Shown here in pieces: positions 38,305 to 48,800 of a DNA stretch of 64,000 bases. This DNA comes from a virus. The DNA lies in the IMG/VR virus record IMGVR_UViG_3300018080_000107, one strand, 5' to 3'. Position 1 is the stretch's first letter. Every line of letters starts with the position of its first letter. The notes beneath the pieces were generated by a model that saw only the letters and a program-made list of their open reading frames with translations, ran no database searches and was not told the DNA's origin. A program made the translations under genes and the position numbers.

Positions 38305-39012
38305 CTAATAATCCGTATGTGTTCCAGAACCAGTTCCAATATGTATGTGTGAAAATTCACTGGCCCAATCATACGTGAAACGCCAATGCAAATCAGTAAG
38401 TCCTAATCCGCCATATCGTCCTACCGGATACGTCCCTTCCGGTAAAATAATAGAAGAATAAATAATTTGCGTTCTTTCAAATCCCACTCCGCTTAACCAC
38501 GGCACACCGTCAATTCTTGAAATATTAGGTGTATCTGGCAATCCAGAGGGTACTTCAAATGCTCCGTAAGCCCCACTTGGCAGGACAAGATTCCTCACCC
38601 ATTCACCACTGGGCAACATCTGTATATACGGATTTAAGCCACTGGCACGCAACCCACTAAACGCTGTAGTGTTGTCCATCCACAATTTCATGTTAAAAAG
38701 CGTAATATCCGTGGATACCTGTTGTCCATCGTCCCATTTCGGCATAAATATAAAAGCAGCCGTTCTTGATGTCCATTGTGACGTATGCACATTAACTCCA
38801 GAACCAAAATTAATAAATCCAGATGGCTCTATCGATATCGCAGGACAAGAGCCTGCAAGTTGTTCAACGTCTGAGTGGCCAGAAGGCAACACTATATTCC
38901 AAGATTGTGGACCTAAAACCGCATTTGGATCTATTTGCATACAAACTACTTTTGGACGCAAATTTCCAATAACTTGATCAATATAAATTCCAGATTGATT
39001 TACACCAGCCAT
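38305..39012 (-). CDS. Virion protein, paralog of 39022-39705 and 43953-44507
   Basis: MKLW, .P...N...DG and G.YGG...R.TY shared with the paralogs; 11 of 23 Ser are followed by Gly. Confidence 0.6.
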   Translation of the reverse strand: MAGVNQSGIYIDQVIGNLRPKVVCMQIDPNAVLGPQSWNIVLPSGHSDVEQLAGSCPAISIEPSGFINFGSGVNVHTSQWTSRTAAFIFMPKWDDGQQVSTDITLFNMKLWMDNTTAFSGLRASGLNPYIQMLPSGEWVRNLVLPSGAYGAFEVPSGLPDTPNISRIDGVPWLSGVGFERTQIIYSSIILPEGTYPVGRYGGLGLTDLHWRFTYDWASEFSHIHIGTGSGTHTDY

Positions 39013-39021
39013 TATATTCTC

Positions 39022-39705
39022 CTAGTCGAATAGCGAATAGATGTTGTCAAGTGAATAAGTAATGCGGATTCTGAATCCCCTCGTATACTTCCCACCATAT
39101 TCGCCAGGTAGCACCGTCCCACTTGCCGCCATTGCAAAATACATAAATTCTGACACATCAGCATCTCCAGACGCATGTATGGTCAATCCACCATCTTGAC
39201 GATATAAGTTCTGTAAAGATGGCACTGTTGTTCCCAAAGCCTCGTCAAAACAATCTTGCCATGAGAATGTTTCTGTTGGTCGCCAATCTTGATAGTGGCG
39301 ATATCCGACTTTAAAATCTTTGATTAGAAAATCGCTTGTGTCAGATAACCACACTCTCATATGAGTGATACGTGTTTGCCAGCATTCCTGTGACGCAACT
39401 CGCAGTGTCATACATCTTGTATCACTTATACCACTACCATAACTAATATTTACATCGTTGAAATCTAACGGCACAATAATTTGGTCGTTAAGTGTTCCCA
39501 TGCCACTTCCAACAACGCCCATAAATGATTCATGACTTTGGATATGTCGTGATCCAGTCGGGTCACTTTTTTCCAAATTCCAAATATATAATTCTGGTAC
39601 AATGTATACGTGAGGCATAGCAAATGATCTTGTCTCAAATGCAGGACCATGTTTATAATTCAATGCAGTCGGCATTGATTCTCGCCATAGACCATATCTA
39701 TTCAT
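39022..39705 (-). CDS. Virion protein, paralog of 38305-39012 and 43953-44507
   Basis: MRVWLS..DF, PS.QNL, DAD.S...Y and G.YGG...GFR.R.TY motifs. Confidence 0.6.
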   Translation of the reverse strand: MNRYGLWRESMPTALNYKHGPAFETRSFAMPHVYIVPELYIWNLEKSDPTGSRHIQSHESFMGVVGSGMGTLNDQIIVPLDFNDVNISYGSGISDTRCMTLRVASQECWQTRITHMRVWLSDTSDFLIKDFKVGYRHYQDWRPTETFSWQDCFDEALGTTVPSLQNLYRQDGGLTIHASGDADVSEFMYFAMAASGTVLPGEYGGKYTRGFRIRITYSLDNIYSLFD

Positions 39706-39713
39706 TGCGTCTC

Positions 39714-41642
39714 CTATATATTGCTAACGCTCGGAATAATCCGCAGCTTTGTGTATGGATATTCAACATTGTAACCAATGCTCTTTACAAAATCCCAATA
39801 AAATGTATGCCATTCTCCAGAAGGAGAAGCTGACAAGTTAGTTATTGGATCGCCCATATATTGTAGCGTTTCGTAATTCTTAAAACGATAACAATCTTGC
39901 CAATTAGAACCATCGTCTAATGAGAATTGTATTCTAACATCTAAATCTCTACTCAAGTGATCAAACAGTTGAAAATCTACTACTGCATAATCACGACATT
40001 TGTATACAGCAGGAGTAATATCAGTATCATCAGTAGTGGGAATACCACTTACAGGATAATTTACACCAGATGGCAATCCAACATATGGTCCTTCGTAATC
40101 AAATCCAACAAGTTCACTACCAGCGTGGTATGAAGGATATGGAAACCATCCAAATTTTGTCCACGTTCTTGCATGTGTATCATATCGATATTGATGTCCT
40201 ATTCCAGCAGACTTATCTCCAAAGGTCGTAAAACCTATAGCACCTTGATCTGACATGGTTTGGTATACTACGCGCAAAGTATTGTCTTGTGGATCAGATA
40301 TTGTGTATACATTGCCTGGTCGTTGTTTCATAAGTGTTGGCAAGTCATCAGTTCGATTTTCCCATGTTTCCAAACTGCCCGAAGAAGCAAAGTGGTATGT
40401 TCCAGAACTTGCTCCAAACATAACATGCAACTCGCCATTGTGCTCAAAGAAAGCATTTTTGGTCGAACGATCTATTCCCCATTCTCGCGCATGCAATCCG
40501 CCATAACGCATAGTCAATGGTGCTATATAAGATAGATCAGTAACTCCGCTAATTGTAACATCTGTTTTTGTTGCATTAGGAATAATCTCAGAAACAACAC
40601 CCTTAGCATTGTGCATGTATAGTTTGCCATTATATTTGCATAACCATTTTGGAGTCGGATCATATGCTGTATCAATAGTAGAATCAAGAATTTTCATGTC
40701 GCCATGTCCACTCCCACACTGTATCAAGTGAAAGGCAGAAGTGGCATATATTTTTCCTTGATGTTCTTCGATGTCTAAAATATTGGCATTATACCACGGA
40801 GCATCTGTCAATATACCTTGTCCAGTTGTCCAATAGTCTGTCCATGTTGGCATATTAAATTCACCATGACGACCATTTGTTGTTGGATACGTTCCACTTT
40901 GATAAATGTTGAATGTTGTAAGGCCGCTTCCATTATTAGCTCGTGGGTTATACAAGAATGTGTAATAAAATGGAATTTGACTATTTGACACACCAGGATT
41001 CCAAGTTTCCCGCCCAACAATTTTCATTGCTTCGCCGTTTGTTAAAACAGGATCTTCTTGAACGGAATCAATAAATCCTTCATAAGAAAATGAATGTCGT
41101 TTTACACACCCTATTCCAAAAATATTTCCATTATGTTCTATTAGGCCAATATCCATTCCAGCAACAATAAAACCAAACGGATAAGTCAACCAAGCCTGAT
41201 CTCGATAACTATATCCCCAAACTATTCTTCCGCCAGTACCACTTGGCCATGCATCATCACTAATCGCCTCGTCTGCTCCATCCCATTCTATCATCTTGTA
41301 ATTACCAGCCAATATTTCATCGTTAAATGGTGGAGATGAAATGTACTGCGAGTGACTATGGGTTGTGTATAGCCTTTTGCCAAGAAGTGCCATACCTCTT
41401 TCATTTAAAAATGCGCCTGGTGGTAATGAAAACCTGCCATTGGATGAATGATTGAACATATATTCTGGTGCCATACTGAACGGACTTCCGCCTTCACCAA
41501 TTTTGACAAGCCAATCTGGATTATATTGCTTATCTATAACATCTTGTGTTCGATTTTTCCTTGTCCATTGTGAGAGCATTTTAGGCACTGCCCCATCAAG
41601 AATAAGGATTTTATCGTTGCATCTTTGTGCTATCTTTATCAT
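39714..41642 (-). CDS. Virion protein, beta-propeller-like plus C-terminal beta-sandwich
   Basis: HNGNIF, HQGKIY, YNGKLY and HNGELH blades; QFSLDDGSNW...FYWD. Confidence 0.6.
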   Translation of the reverse strand: MIKIAQRCNDKILILDGAVPKMLSQWTRKNRTQDVIDKQYNPDWLVKIGEGGSPFSMAPEYMFNHSSNGRFSLPPGAFLNERGMALLGKRLYTTHSHSQYISSPPFNDEILAGNYKMIEWDGADEAISDDAWPSGTGGRIVWGYSYRDQAWLTYPFGFIVAGMDIGLIEHNGNIFGIGCVKRHSFSYEGFIDSVQEDPVLTNGEAMKIVGRETWNPGVSNSQIPFYYTFLYNPRANNGSGLTTFNIYQSGTYPTTNGRHGEFNMPTWTDYWTTGQGILTDAPWYNANILDIEEHQGKIYATSAFHLIQCGSGHGDMKILDSTIDTAYDPTPKWLCKYNGKLYMHNAKGVVSEIIPNATKTDVTISGVTDLSYIAPLTMRYGGLHAREWGIDRSTKNAFFEHNGELHVMFGASSGTYHFASSGSLETWENRTDDLPTLMKQRPGNVYTISDPQDNTLRVVYQTMSDQGAIGFTTFGDKSAGIGHQYRYDTHARTWTKFGWFPYPSYHAGSELVGFDYEGPYVGLPSGVNYPVSGIPTTDDTDITPAVYKCRDYAVVDFQLFDHLSRDLDVRIQFSLDDGSNWQDCYRFKNYETLQYMGDPITNLSASPSGEWHTFYWDFVKSIGYNVEYPYTKLRIIPSVSNI

Positions 41643-41645
41643 TGT

Positions 41646-43943
41646 TTATCCTATTGCTCTAAAACGGAATTGTACGTGATCTACGCGACCACCACCGACA
41701 TCAGAAGTATAATCCCATGCGAACATTTTTTCAACACCAATTATTCCAGAGGGATCTGTCGAAAGTGATCCTGTGTCAATATTACTCATTGAATCTGAAA
41801 GCGTTGTGTGAGGTGTTGCATTACTCCATGTAAGACCATAATCAGTAGTATATTGCACTTCTAAATCCACAGAATCAAAAAATGGCCAATCATATATTCG
41901 TACTGGCTGATATACGACTCTGTTTAATCTATCTTCATATGGGAATCGCTTTACCACACTGCCAGAAGGTAGCAATATTGAAGGTTCGTGCATATCCGTT
42001 GGTTCCAACCAAGAAATACGCTTACACCTAAATTGATTTTTGAATTCCCAATTTTCATTTGAATCAAGGGTATAATACAAAACTTGAGATGGAGGGTCTT
42101 GGCTCAACAAAGAAGCATCGCCTTCATCATTATAAAGTACATCTTCAGAAAAGAACAAATGAACCTTTTCTTCAATTTGATCCTTGTATCCAAAAACGTG
42201 GTAATTATGAACACCATTCCATCTCCAACCTTCAAATTTAGTTCCACTCGGTTGCAAACCACTCGGAATAAAAGCAATTGGCTCTTTTGTCTGTGTGGGA
42301 TACAAGAATTTTGTTTGTACATCATAATACATTGGAACATCCCATTGATCTGGAGATAGATCATAGTCGCAGTCATAAAATGTTCCTGACCCCTGCCAAA
42401 TAGGTTCTATTCCACTTGCTTGCAACCATCCAGATGGTTGACATGGTACTGCTGGTCCAGTTGTTCCAGATGGTTGTCCATTTAAAACAGTATCAAAATT
42501 ATTATAGCCAGAAAATTTATATGTCCCTATTTTACCCAAATATTCATTAGTTGTCATGCCTGATGGTGGAACAATCCCACTATTTGGCAATGAAGCAGAG
42601 TTATCTACAAATGAAGATAAATCTGATGATTTCAACCAGGCTATTCCAGCATTGCCGTCTGCCCTTCGATAATTCAAGAATAAATGTAGTGTATCATTAA
42701 GCTCAACACCATAGCACTTGTATCCATTAACACTATCTGGGTCGTCGGTGAATCTACCACCATAAATGCCAGAAGCTTGAGATGTTAGTGAAGTGTTTGC
42801 AACAACATCGTTTATAAGCACCACTTCTCCATCGACTATTTCATATAATTTACCATAATTGGTAAGTAGTAAAAGCCTTTGGTTATAATCAATAGGTGCT
42901 TTATATGCCGCGCCAGTTGTCCAATTACCAGCTATGGAAGGTTGATGATTTACATATTCTCCTGCTCTGACTTCAATATCAACAGAACCTTCTTTTAACA
43001 ATGGCACAAATCCATATCCACAAATTGTAGCTGGTGTCGTTACACCTATTAAAGTTTCTGCTACAATATAAATTCTACCATGCTTATAAACAGTTTGATG
43101 TTGAATACTATATCTCGCAGTATCTAAGCTACTTGTTGCATCAAGAGCAAATTGATGTGCTGTCCCACCAGTATATTCATTACTCGTACCACCTTGTTGT
43201 GAGGCATGAGTAAAGCCATGAAACAAACTCAAATAACCAGATGTGTAAACAGCAGATTGCCCATAAGGAGCCAATTCGTCTGCAGTCCAAAATTTTGTAT
43301 GTTGAACACCATATAGAAATCCACGAGTATATGCTGTAAATGTTTGTAATTGTGAAAATGAGTATGGTATATAATCAACGAAATGTCCCATGTCACATAT
43401 AGTAATAGTTGATCCACAACGAGTATAGTTGCCAAAATCTGAACGTCCTATTTTTTTATAGTATCCATCTTGAACCCAGCAAGGATATGGATTTCCCCAA
43501 TTCCCAGGATAAGTAGGACCAAGACTTCTATTACCAACTATGGCTGGATCGTTTGTAAGCGCATCACCGGCAAAAGCTGTTTCTAATCTGTCTAATCCTC
43601 CATATGGACAAAATGCTGTATAGTATATGTTGCCAAAATAACCAGTACCATATCTATGAACTTGTGTGAAAATTAATTCATTTCCACCCCAAGACAAACA
43701 ATTCACGCCAATATTTTGCCATCCTTGCCATGAATCAGGATAAACTTGTTGACTCGCGCCAGCACTGCCACCGTAATCTATAATGGTAGCACCTGGATAT
43801 GGAGCACGACATACATTTCCGCTTGGACCAATAAAAATCAAAAATGGATTCTTGGGACCAAAACCTCTATAGTCTGGATTTGCAGGGACAGTATCATAAC
43901 CACCTGCTCCCATAGCTGCTAATATTTTTCCACCGTAACCCAT
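41646..43943 (-). CDS. Virion protein, beta-propeller-like plus C-terminal beta-sandwich, with an SG-dense insert
   Basis: HGRIY, YNQRLL and LNDTLH blades; QYTTDYGLTW...FAWD...FRFRA. Confidence 0.6.
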   Translation of the reverse strand: MGYGGKILAAMGAGGYDTVPANPDYRGFGPKNPFLIFIGPSGNVCRAPYPGATIIDYGGSAGASQQVYPDSWQGWQNIGVNCLSWGGNELIFTQVHRYGTGYFGNIYYTAFCPYGGLDRLETAFAGDALTNDPAIVGNRSLGPTYPGNWGNPYPCWVQDGYYKKIGRSDFGNYTRCGSTITICDMGHFVDYIPYSFSQLQTFTAYTRGFLYGVQHTKFWTADELAPYGQSAVYTSGYLSLFHGFTHASQQGGTSNEYTGGTAHQFALDATSSLDTARYSIQHQTVYKHGRIYIVAETLIGVTTPATICGYGFVPLLKEGSVDIEVRAGEYVNHQPSIAGNWTTGAAYKAPIDYNQRLLLLTNYGKLYEIVDGEVVLINDVVANTSLTSQASGIYGGRFTDDPDSVNGYKCYGVELNDTLHLFLNYRRADGNAGIAWLKSSDLSSFVDNSASLPNSGIVPPSGMTTNEYLGKIGTYKFSGYNNFDTVLNGQPSGTTGPAVPCQPSGWLQASGIEPIWQGSGTFYDCDYDLSPDQWDVPMYYDVQTKFLYPTQTKEPIAFIPSGLQPSGTKFEGWRWNGVHNYHVFGYKDQIEEKVHLFFSEDVLYNDEGDASLLSQDPPSQVLYYTLDSNENWEFKNQFRCKRISWLEPTDMHEPSILLPSGSVVKRFPYEDRLNRVVYQPVRIYDWPFFDSVDLEVQYTTDYGLTWSNATPHTTLSDSMSNIDTGSLSTDPSGIIGVEKMFAWDYTSDVGGGRVDHVQFRFRAIG

Positions 43944-43952
43944 GCCTACACC

Positions 43953-44507
43953 TTATAGATATTTATATGTTACTCTATATCGAAAACCACCAACTCCAGC
44001 CCCACCGTAAACTCCAACTGGCGTATCTGGATCAACAGACACGCTCAAATAAATGTACTGAGAACAATCAGCATCATTTCCAGCACTTTCAATTGTAGTT
44101 AAACCACTTGAGCTAAGAAGATTTTGTGCGCTTGGTAGCGAAGTCGGTGTAAACACACCATCATCTTTGTCTATTTGCAACCCAGACTGCCAAGCTGTAT
44201 TCATTTGTTGATTGAACCATACGTTATAATCGGTTCCTCGTCCAACAAAGTCAGTAATAGAACTTAACCAGAACTTCATGTCGAAAATTTGTTCGGTAGC
44301 ATCTTCCATGCTGTCTATAACCCATACGGCACATTTTGTTGGTGTAGTGACTACAACGCCACTCCCATTATTCAAATCTCCGTAGTTTAATTCTCCGCTT
44401 GGACTTACATCCAGTATCTTATAGCCGCTTGCAGAAATATTCCTAAAACCGCTTGGGCTTGGTGCTTTAACCGAATACTGTATGAAATGTGTAATAGGTG
44501 CTCCCAT
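43953..44507 (-). CDS. Virion protein, paralog of 39022-39705 and 38305-39012
   Basis: MKFWLS..DF, PSAQNL, DADCSQYIY and GVYGG..GGFRYRVTY motifs. Confidence 0.6.
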   Translation of the reverse strand: MGAPITHFIQYSVKAPSPSGFRNISASGYKILDVSPSGELNYGDLNNGSGVVVTTPTKCAVWVIDSMEDATEQIFDMKFWLSSITDFVGRGTDYNVWFNQQMNTAWQSGLQIDKDDGVFTPTSLPSAQNLLSSSGLTTIESAGNDADCSQYIYLSVSVDPDTPVGVYGGAGVGGFRYRVTYKYL

Positions 44508-44516
44508 TATTCACTC

Positions 44517-45824
44517 CTATAGATACGTTAGATAGCTGCTGTAAGCCGGTGCGGTGAACGTCCACTCAATACTGAACTCAACAATATTCTCTGTCTCATC
44601 AATATTATACGACTTTTGGCTTACTCTGTAACTTGTTCCATAGCCTGTTGGGGCTACTTCTTCAATCCGTTCGTTTATATATGTTTTTAGGTCTGCCAGC
44701 GGATAATCAGGCTTTTTGACCGCTTTGCCTGCCACTGTGACAGTTCCTTCAGTCGATGTGCCAAGATCCTGAACCACTGGGCCGTCTATTTTATTGACAA
44801 TTGTATGAGAAGCAAACACTTCCACTGGCTCTGTTATATCTTTTGACATCTCAAATTCAGTAATACCAGATGGAAGAATATCAATATCATCTTCATAACC
44901 ATAGCTATAGTCTATAGTTCCGAGTTGTTGATTCTCAGCAACGCTATATGTATTTGGTAATGATGGTAGCTCCAGCAATCCTCCATAGCGAAGATATACA
45001 CCAGAAGCATGAGCCAACACATTGTTTTTTATCGCGTTCCAGCCATTTACCGCATTATCAAATTTTAATGTACTTCGACCAAGCCCCTCAATATTGCCAT
45101 CAATTGTAACGGTAATATTACCATCTTCATCTGAATCAAAACTACTGGAAACCGTATGCCGATATGCGCCAGATGACAATATAAAAGTTTCTGTTATTTC
45201 ATATGTTCCGTCAACTTCATTGGCGTTTTCAGAACGATATGTTTCATATGCAACCAGTGCTCCAGATCCTTCACAAAAAGCAGGCAAAAATGAAGGCACA
45301 CCATCGTAACCAACTTGATCTAAAACATAAATCTTTGCATTTTCTAAAGCATTCTGTCCGGCAGTATTAATACCTTGGGCATTAACTGTGTGCTCAACAG
45401 TAATAGTCTTTAGATCCTCATTTTCTGTAAAACTCCAGGATTCATCATAAGTCTCAATGCCACTTATTGAGCCAGCAGACTCTTTCTCATACATTTCGAT
45501 TGTATATGGAATCTTGTCAACCCAGACGCCCTCTTCAAAAGACACGCTATTAACTGTTGGATATCCAGACATCAATGGAACGTCGTTATACTCTACGACA
45601 AATTGCTGATTGCCGCTTGCGAGTGCAATTTCCATTTCTTGCCGTAGATCCATAAGGCTGCCAAAGTCGCCAGGCTTATAAATCAAGTATCCAGCAAGAG
45701 AATATGTAACGCCAGTGAATATTAAATTTTCTTGAGCGTCAAAATTATTCTCTATAGTTTTTGTGATGAGTGGCGCAGGCACAAACTCATAATTGCCATA
45801 GAACATTCGTGATGCTGTTGCCAT
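44517..45824 (-). CDS. Putative distal tail (Dit-like)/hub protein
   Basis: Directly follows the tape measure; acidic and beta-rich with internal repeats. Confidence 0.55.
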   Translation of the reverse strand: MATASRMFYGNYEFVPAPLITKTIENNFDAQENLIFTGVTYSLAGYLIYKPGDFGSLMDLRQEMEIALASGNQQFVVEYNDVPLMSGYPTVNSVSFEEGVWVDKIPYTIEMYEKESAGSISGIETYDESWSFTENEDLKTITVEHTVNAQGINTAGQNALENAKIYVLDQVGYDGVPSFLPAFCEGSGALVAYETYRSENANEVDGTYEITETFILSSGAYRHTVSSSFDSDEDGNITVTIDGNIEGLGRSTLKFDNAVNGWNAIKNNVLAHASGVYLRYGGLLELPSLPNTYSVAENQQLGTIDYSYGYEDDIDILPSGITEFEMSKDITEPVEVFASHTIVNKIDGPVVQDLGTSTEGTVTVAGKAVKKPDYPLADLKTYINERIEEVAPTGYGTSYRVSQKSYNIDETENIVEFSIEWTFTAPAYSSYLTYL

Positions 45825-45826
45825 CT

Positions 45827-48800
45827 TTATACTCCGTCAATTCCTGCTTCTTTTAACCTACGAATAATGTGGTTCAAGGTAGCCTGCAACGCAGCAGACT
45901 CAGCCTTAGAAGTAATCTTTGCCATATTGCGCTTGAATATTTGCTCAAGTGCTTGTCCCATTTCCGCAACACCCTTAACAGTCAACTCTCTCTTTCCACC
46001 GACATCGATCTTTATATTCTGCTCTTGCTTGAAAAGCTTCTTATCGCCTGCCAGATCCATTAGCTCTTTCTGTTGACCCATGAGTGCTTCTATCTTTTTC
46101 AAGAGCGCAGGGACGCTCTCAGCCCCCTCTAACCGCAAACTACCATTGCTTCCAGGTTGACTTGTTCTTTCAATCGACTTACGTGACGACCTAACTGTGG
46201 TATCAGGAATATTAACCTGTCCAAATACCTTGGCCGCCTGTTGTGGTGTCATGACCAATTCAGAACTATTAGCAAGAACTAATTCAGATCCCGCTGGCAT
46301 TTTTGCTTTCTCTCGTTTTGCAGCAGCAACCAAATTGCCCATTTCTGGCATTGTCAAACCAGTTGCCCGGTTACTTCCACCACTATATTTATTAGTTATG
46401 TTCTTTACGGTAACATTAATCTTAATATTTAATGCCGCCACTGCCCTTGCTACCGCATCAATACTCGCAACAACTCGACCAAGCGAAGAGCCTCCTGCTA
46501 GATTTTCAATAGCCCGTGTGGCCGCAGCAGTATTTTCCTGAACCTTTAGGTTTGTTTTCGCCATATTTTCGGCATGCACAAGATTCTTTGCAAGATTTTC
46601 TGATGTTGTTCTGGATGTTGTCTCAATGGATGCCAATTTGGCAGCACTTTCTGTTGTCTGTTGTGCAATAACCTCAGAATTTGTAGCAGACGTTTCATCA
46701 AGTGCGGCTGATTTTGCGGTGCTTTCAACAATCGCTTGCTGATTGGGCACAAGAGTTTCTTCCATTACCTGACGATTCGCCTCAATAACGGCGTCTCTCA
46801 TTTTTTCTTGACTAATAGCTTCGTCTGCACCTTCCTCTTCAGTTAGTGATCTTTGTTCCTCAAGTTGTTGAAGAACTCCATTGAGAACTTCTGTCATATT
46901 AACTTGAGTATTTGTAAGATTAATTTGTGCTTGCTGAAAAGCATCGATATTAGATCGTAACGCTGTAATTTCTGCAGCAAGTGGTGCAGTTGCGTTAGCA
47001 TTTTCAGAAAGCTTTTGAATTAGTAGTTCGTCGTCCAGTGCCACCTTGCTTATGTCGGCAATCGGACCCTCTGCAGACTGGATTCCCTTTTCTGTCAATC
47101 CACCGAGACTTTTTGCCAACTCACTCATTGTGCGTGTATTTTCACTAATCCCTTCAAGGATTCCCTTATTTGTTGCTATCTGTTCTGGAACTCCTTCAAC
47201 CAAGGCTCTCATGCCAGGATTAATACTATCAAGGATTGCAACATTGGAACGATATGTATTTTGCTCCTGCTCAAGTTGTCCCTGGAGGAACTTTTTGCGC
47301 TCTTGTGCATCCTTCAATTGTTGTTTTAATGTTTGACCACTTTCCTCTGTGGCATTTTTCATTTCTTCAATTTTTTGTGCAGCTTCTTCAGACTCTCTTA
47401 TCTCAAGTTCATTTTGACGGATTTGGCGTTCCATATTGCCAACCATACCGTCTATTCCCTCATTTGTCTTTTGCTGCTCCTCAACCATGCGAATTTGCTC
47501 ATTAGCAACCGCCTGTGCCGATGTTACAACTTGACTCTTTAATGTATCGAGTGCTGAAGTATCTATACCTGCACGTTCCAATCCTGCGCGTGCAACAAGC
47601 TCCTCGCCCTGCTCACCAAATCGCAACTTAAGAATCTGTGCTGCCGCATCTCTCAAATGTGCTGGCATTTGTGCCAAGGTATCAGACATGCTTGCAGTTG
47701 AATTTTGAAGAATAGCGTTTGCCTGTGCAAGCTTTCTAATTTGTGTGGGGCTTGCTGTAAACAGTGATTCTCCAAAGCCCTTTAGTTTATCATACTCACT
47801 CTTGAAAATATCAAGTGATGCCTGGGCGCTTTCTGTTCTAACACGAACGATTGAATCTTCAGAAGACATCAACATATTTGCAGCAGTCTCGCTGGCAATA
47901 GCAATCTGTCCAAATGCGTTAGTCAAGGTTTTGGTTAAGCCCAGTTCGCGTTTTATTCCAATGACGTATTGGTTGGCAGAATCGCGTGCATCTTGTAAAG
48001 CCTTCTTTTGTTCTCTAAGTTGATTGTTTACAGCCTGCACGGCACGGATATGCTCAATCTGTGCTCGTATCTGTTCGTTCTGTGCAACCAGAGAATCTCG
48101 TCGGCCTGCACGGTTTGCCAATTCCTCTGGCACAGCAACTGTTTTCATCTGTGCCTTTAGCTTTGTAATTTCCTTATCAAGATTTTGAATGTCTGCTCGC
48201 AAAGACACCATCTTATTTAATGAGTCTGTAGCGCCTTGTGCCGCCTCTTCCATTCTGCTGAAAGAATCAACAACACTACGTTCCATAGCTTGTGCTACTG
48301 CAATAGCCGTATCTTGCTTTTTCTTTTCTTCGGCCTGAATAATTTGTGATGCAAGCTGGGCTCTTTTAACTGTGTCTGTTGTTCTATTGCGAACAGCTTG
48401 AAGCATTTTGGTTTCGGCGTTAGAATTTGCGTTAATGCGTTGTAGTGTGTACGCAAGCTCAACCTTTGATGCATTATTAAGCTGATTTGTAATTTCTGTA
48501 CTAAGATTTGCCAACTGATCCTTAATAACACCAGTGTTTAGAACAGCGGCAATTTCTTGGTCACTAATACCAGCCTTCTCTGCAGACTGCAAAAATGCCT
48601 CTGTGATATTACGTCCAATTTCTCCTCGTGCAGCTTCGAGTTGCTTTAGTTGTTCTAATTCTGTTTTGACAACATCAAACCTAGACATTTCAAGTTGCTT
48701 AATCTCATCAGTTCGTTGAAGAATTAGCTTGCCAAGTTCATCAATCGCTGCTTTGGATTGTTCTGTCAATTGAGCATTCAATCTTAATTCAATTTGTCGA

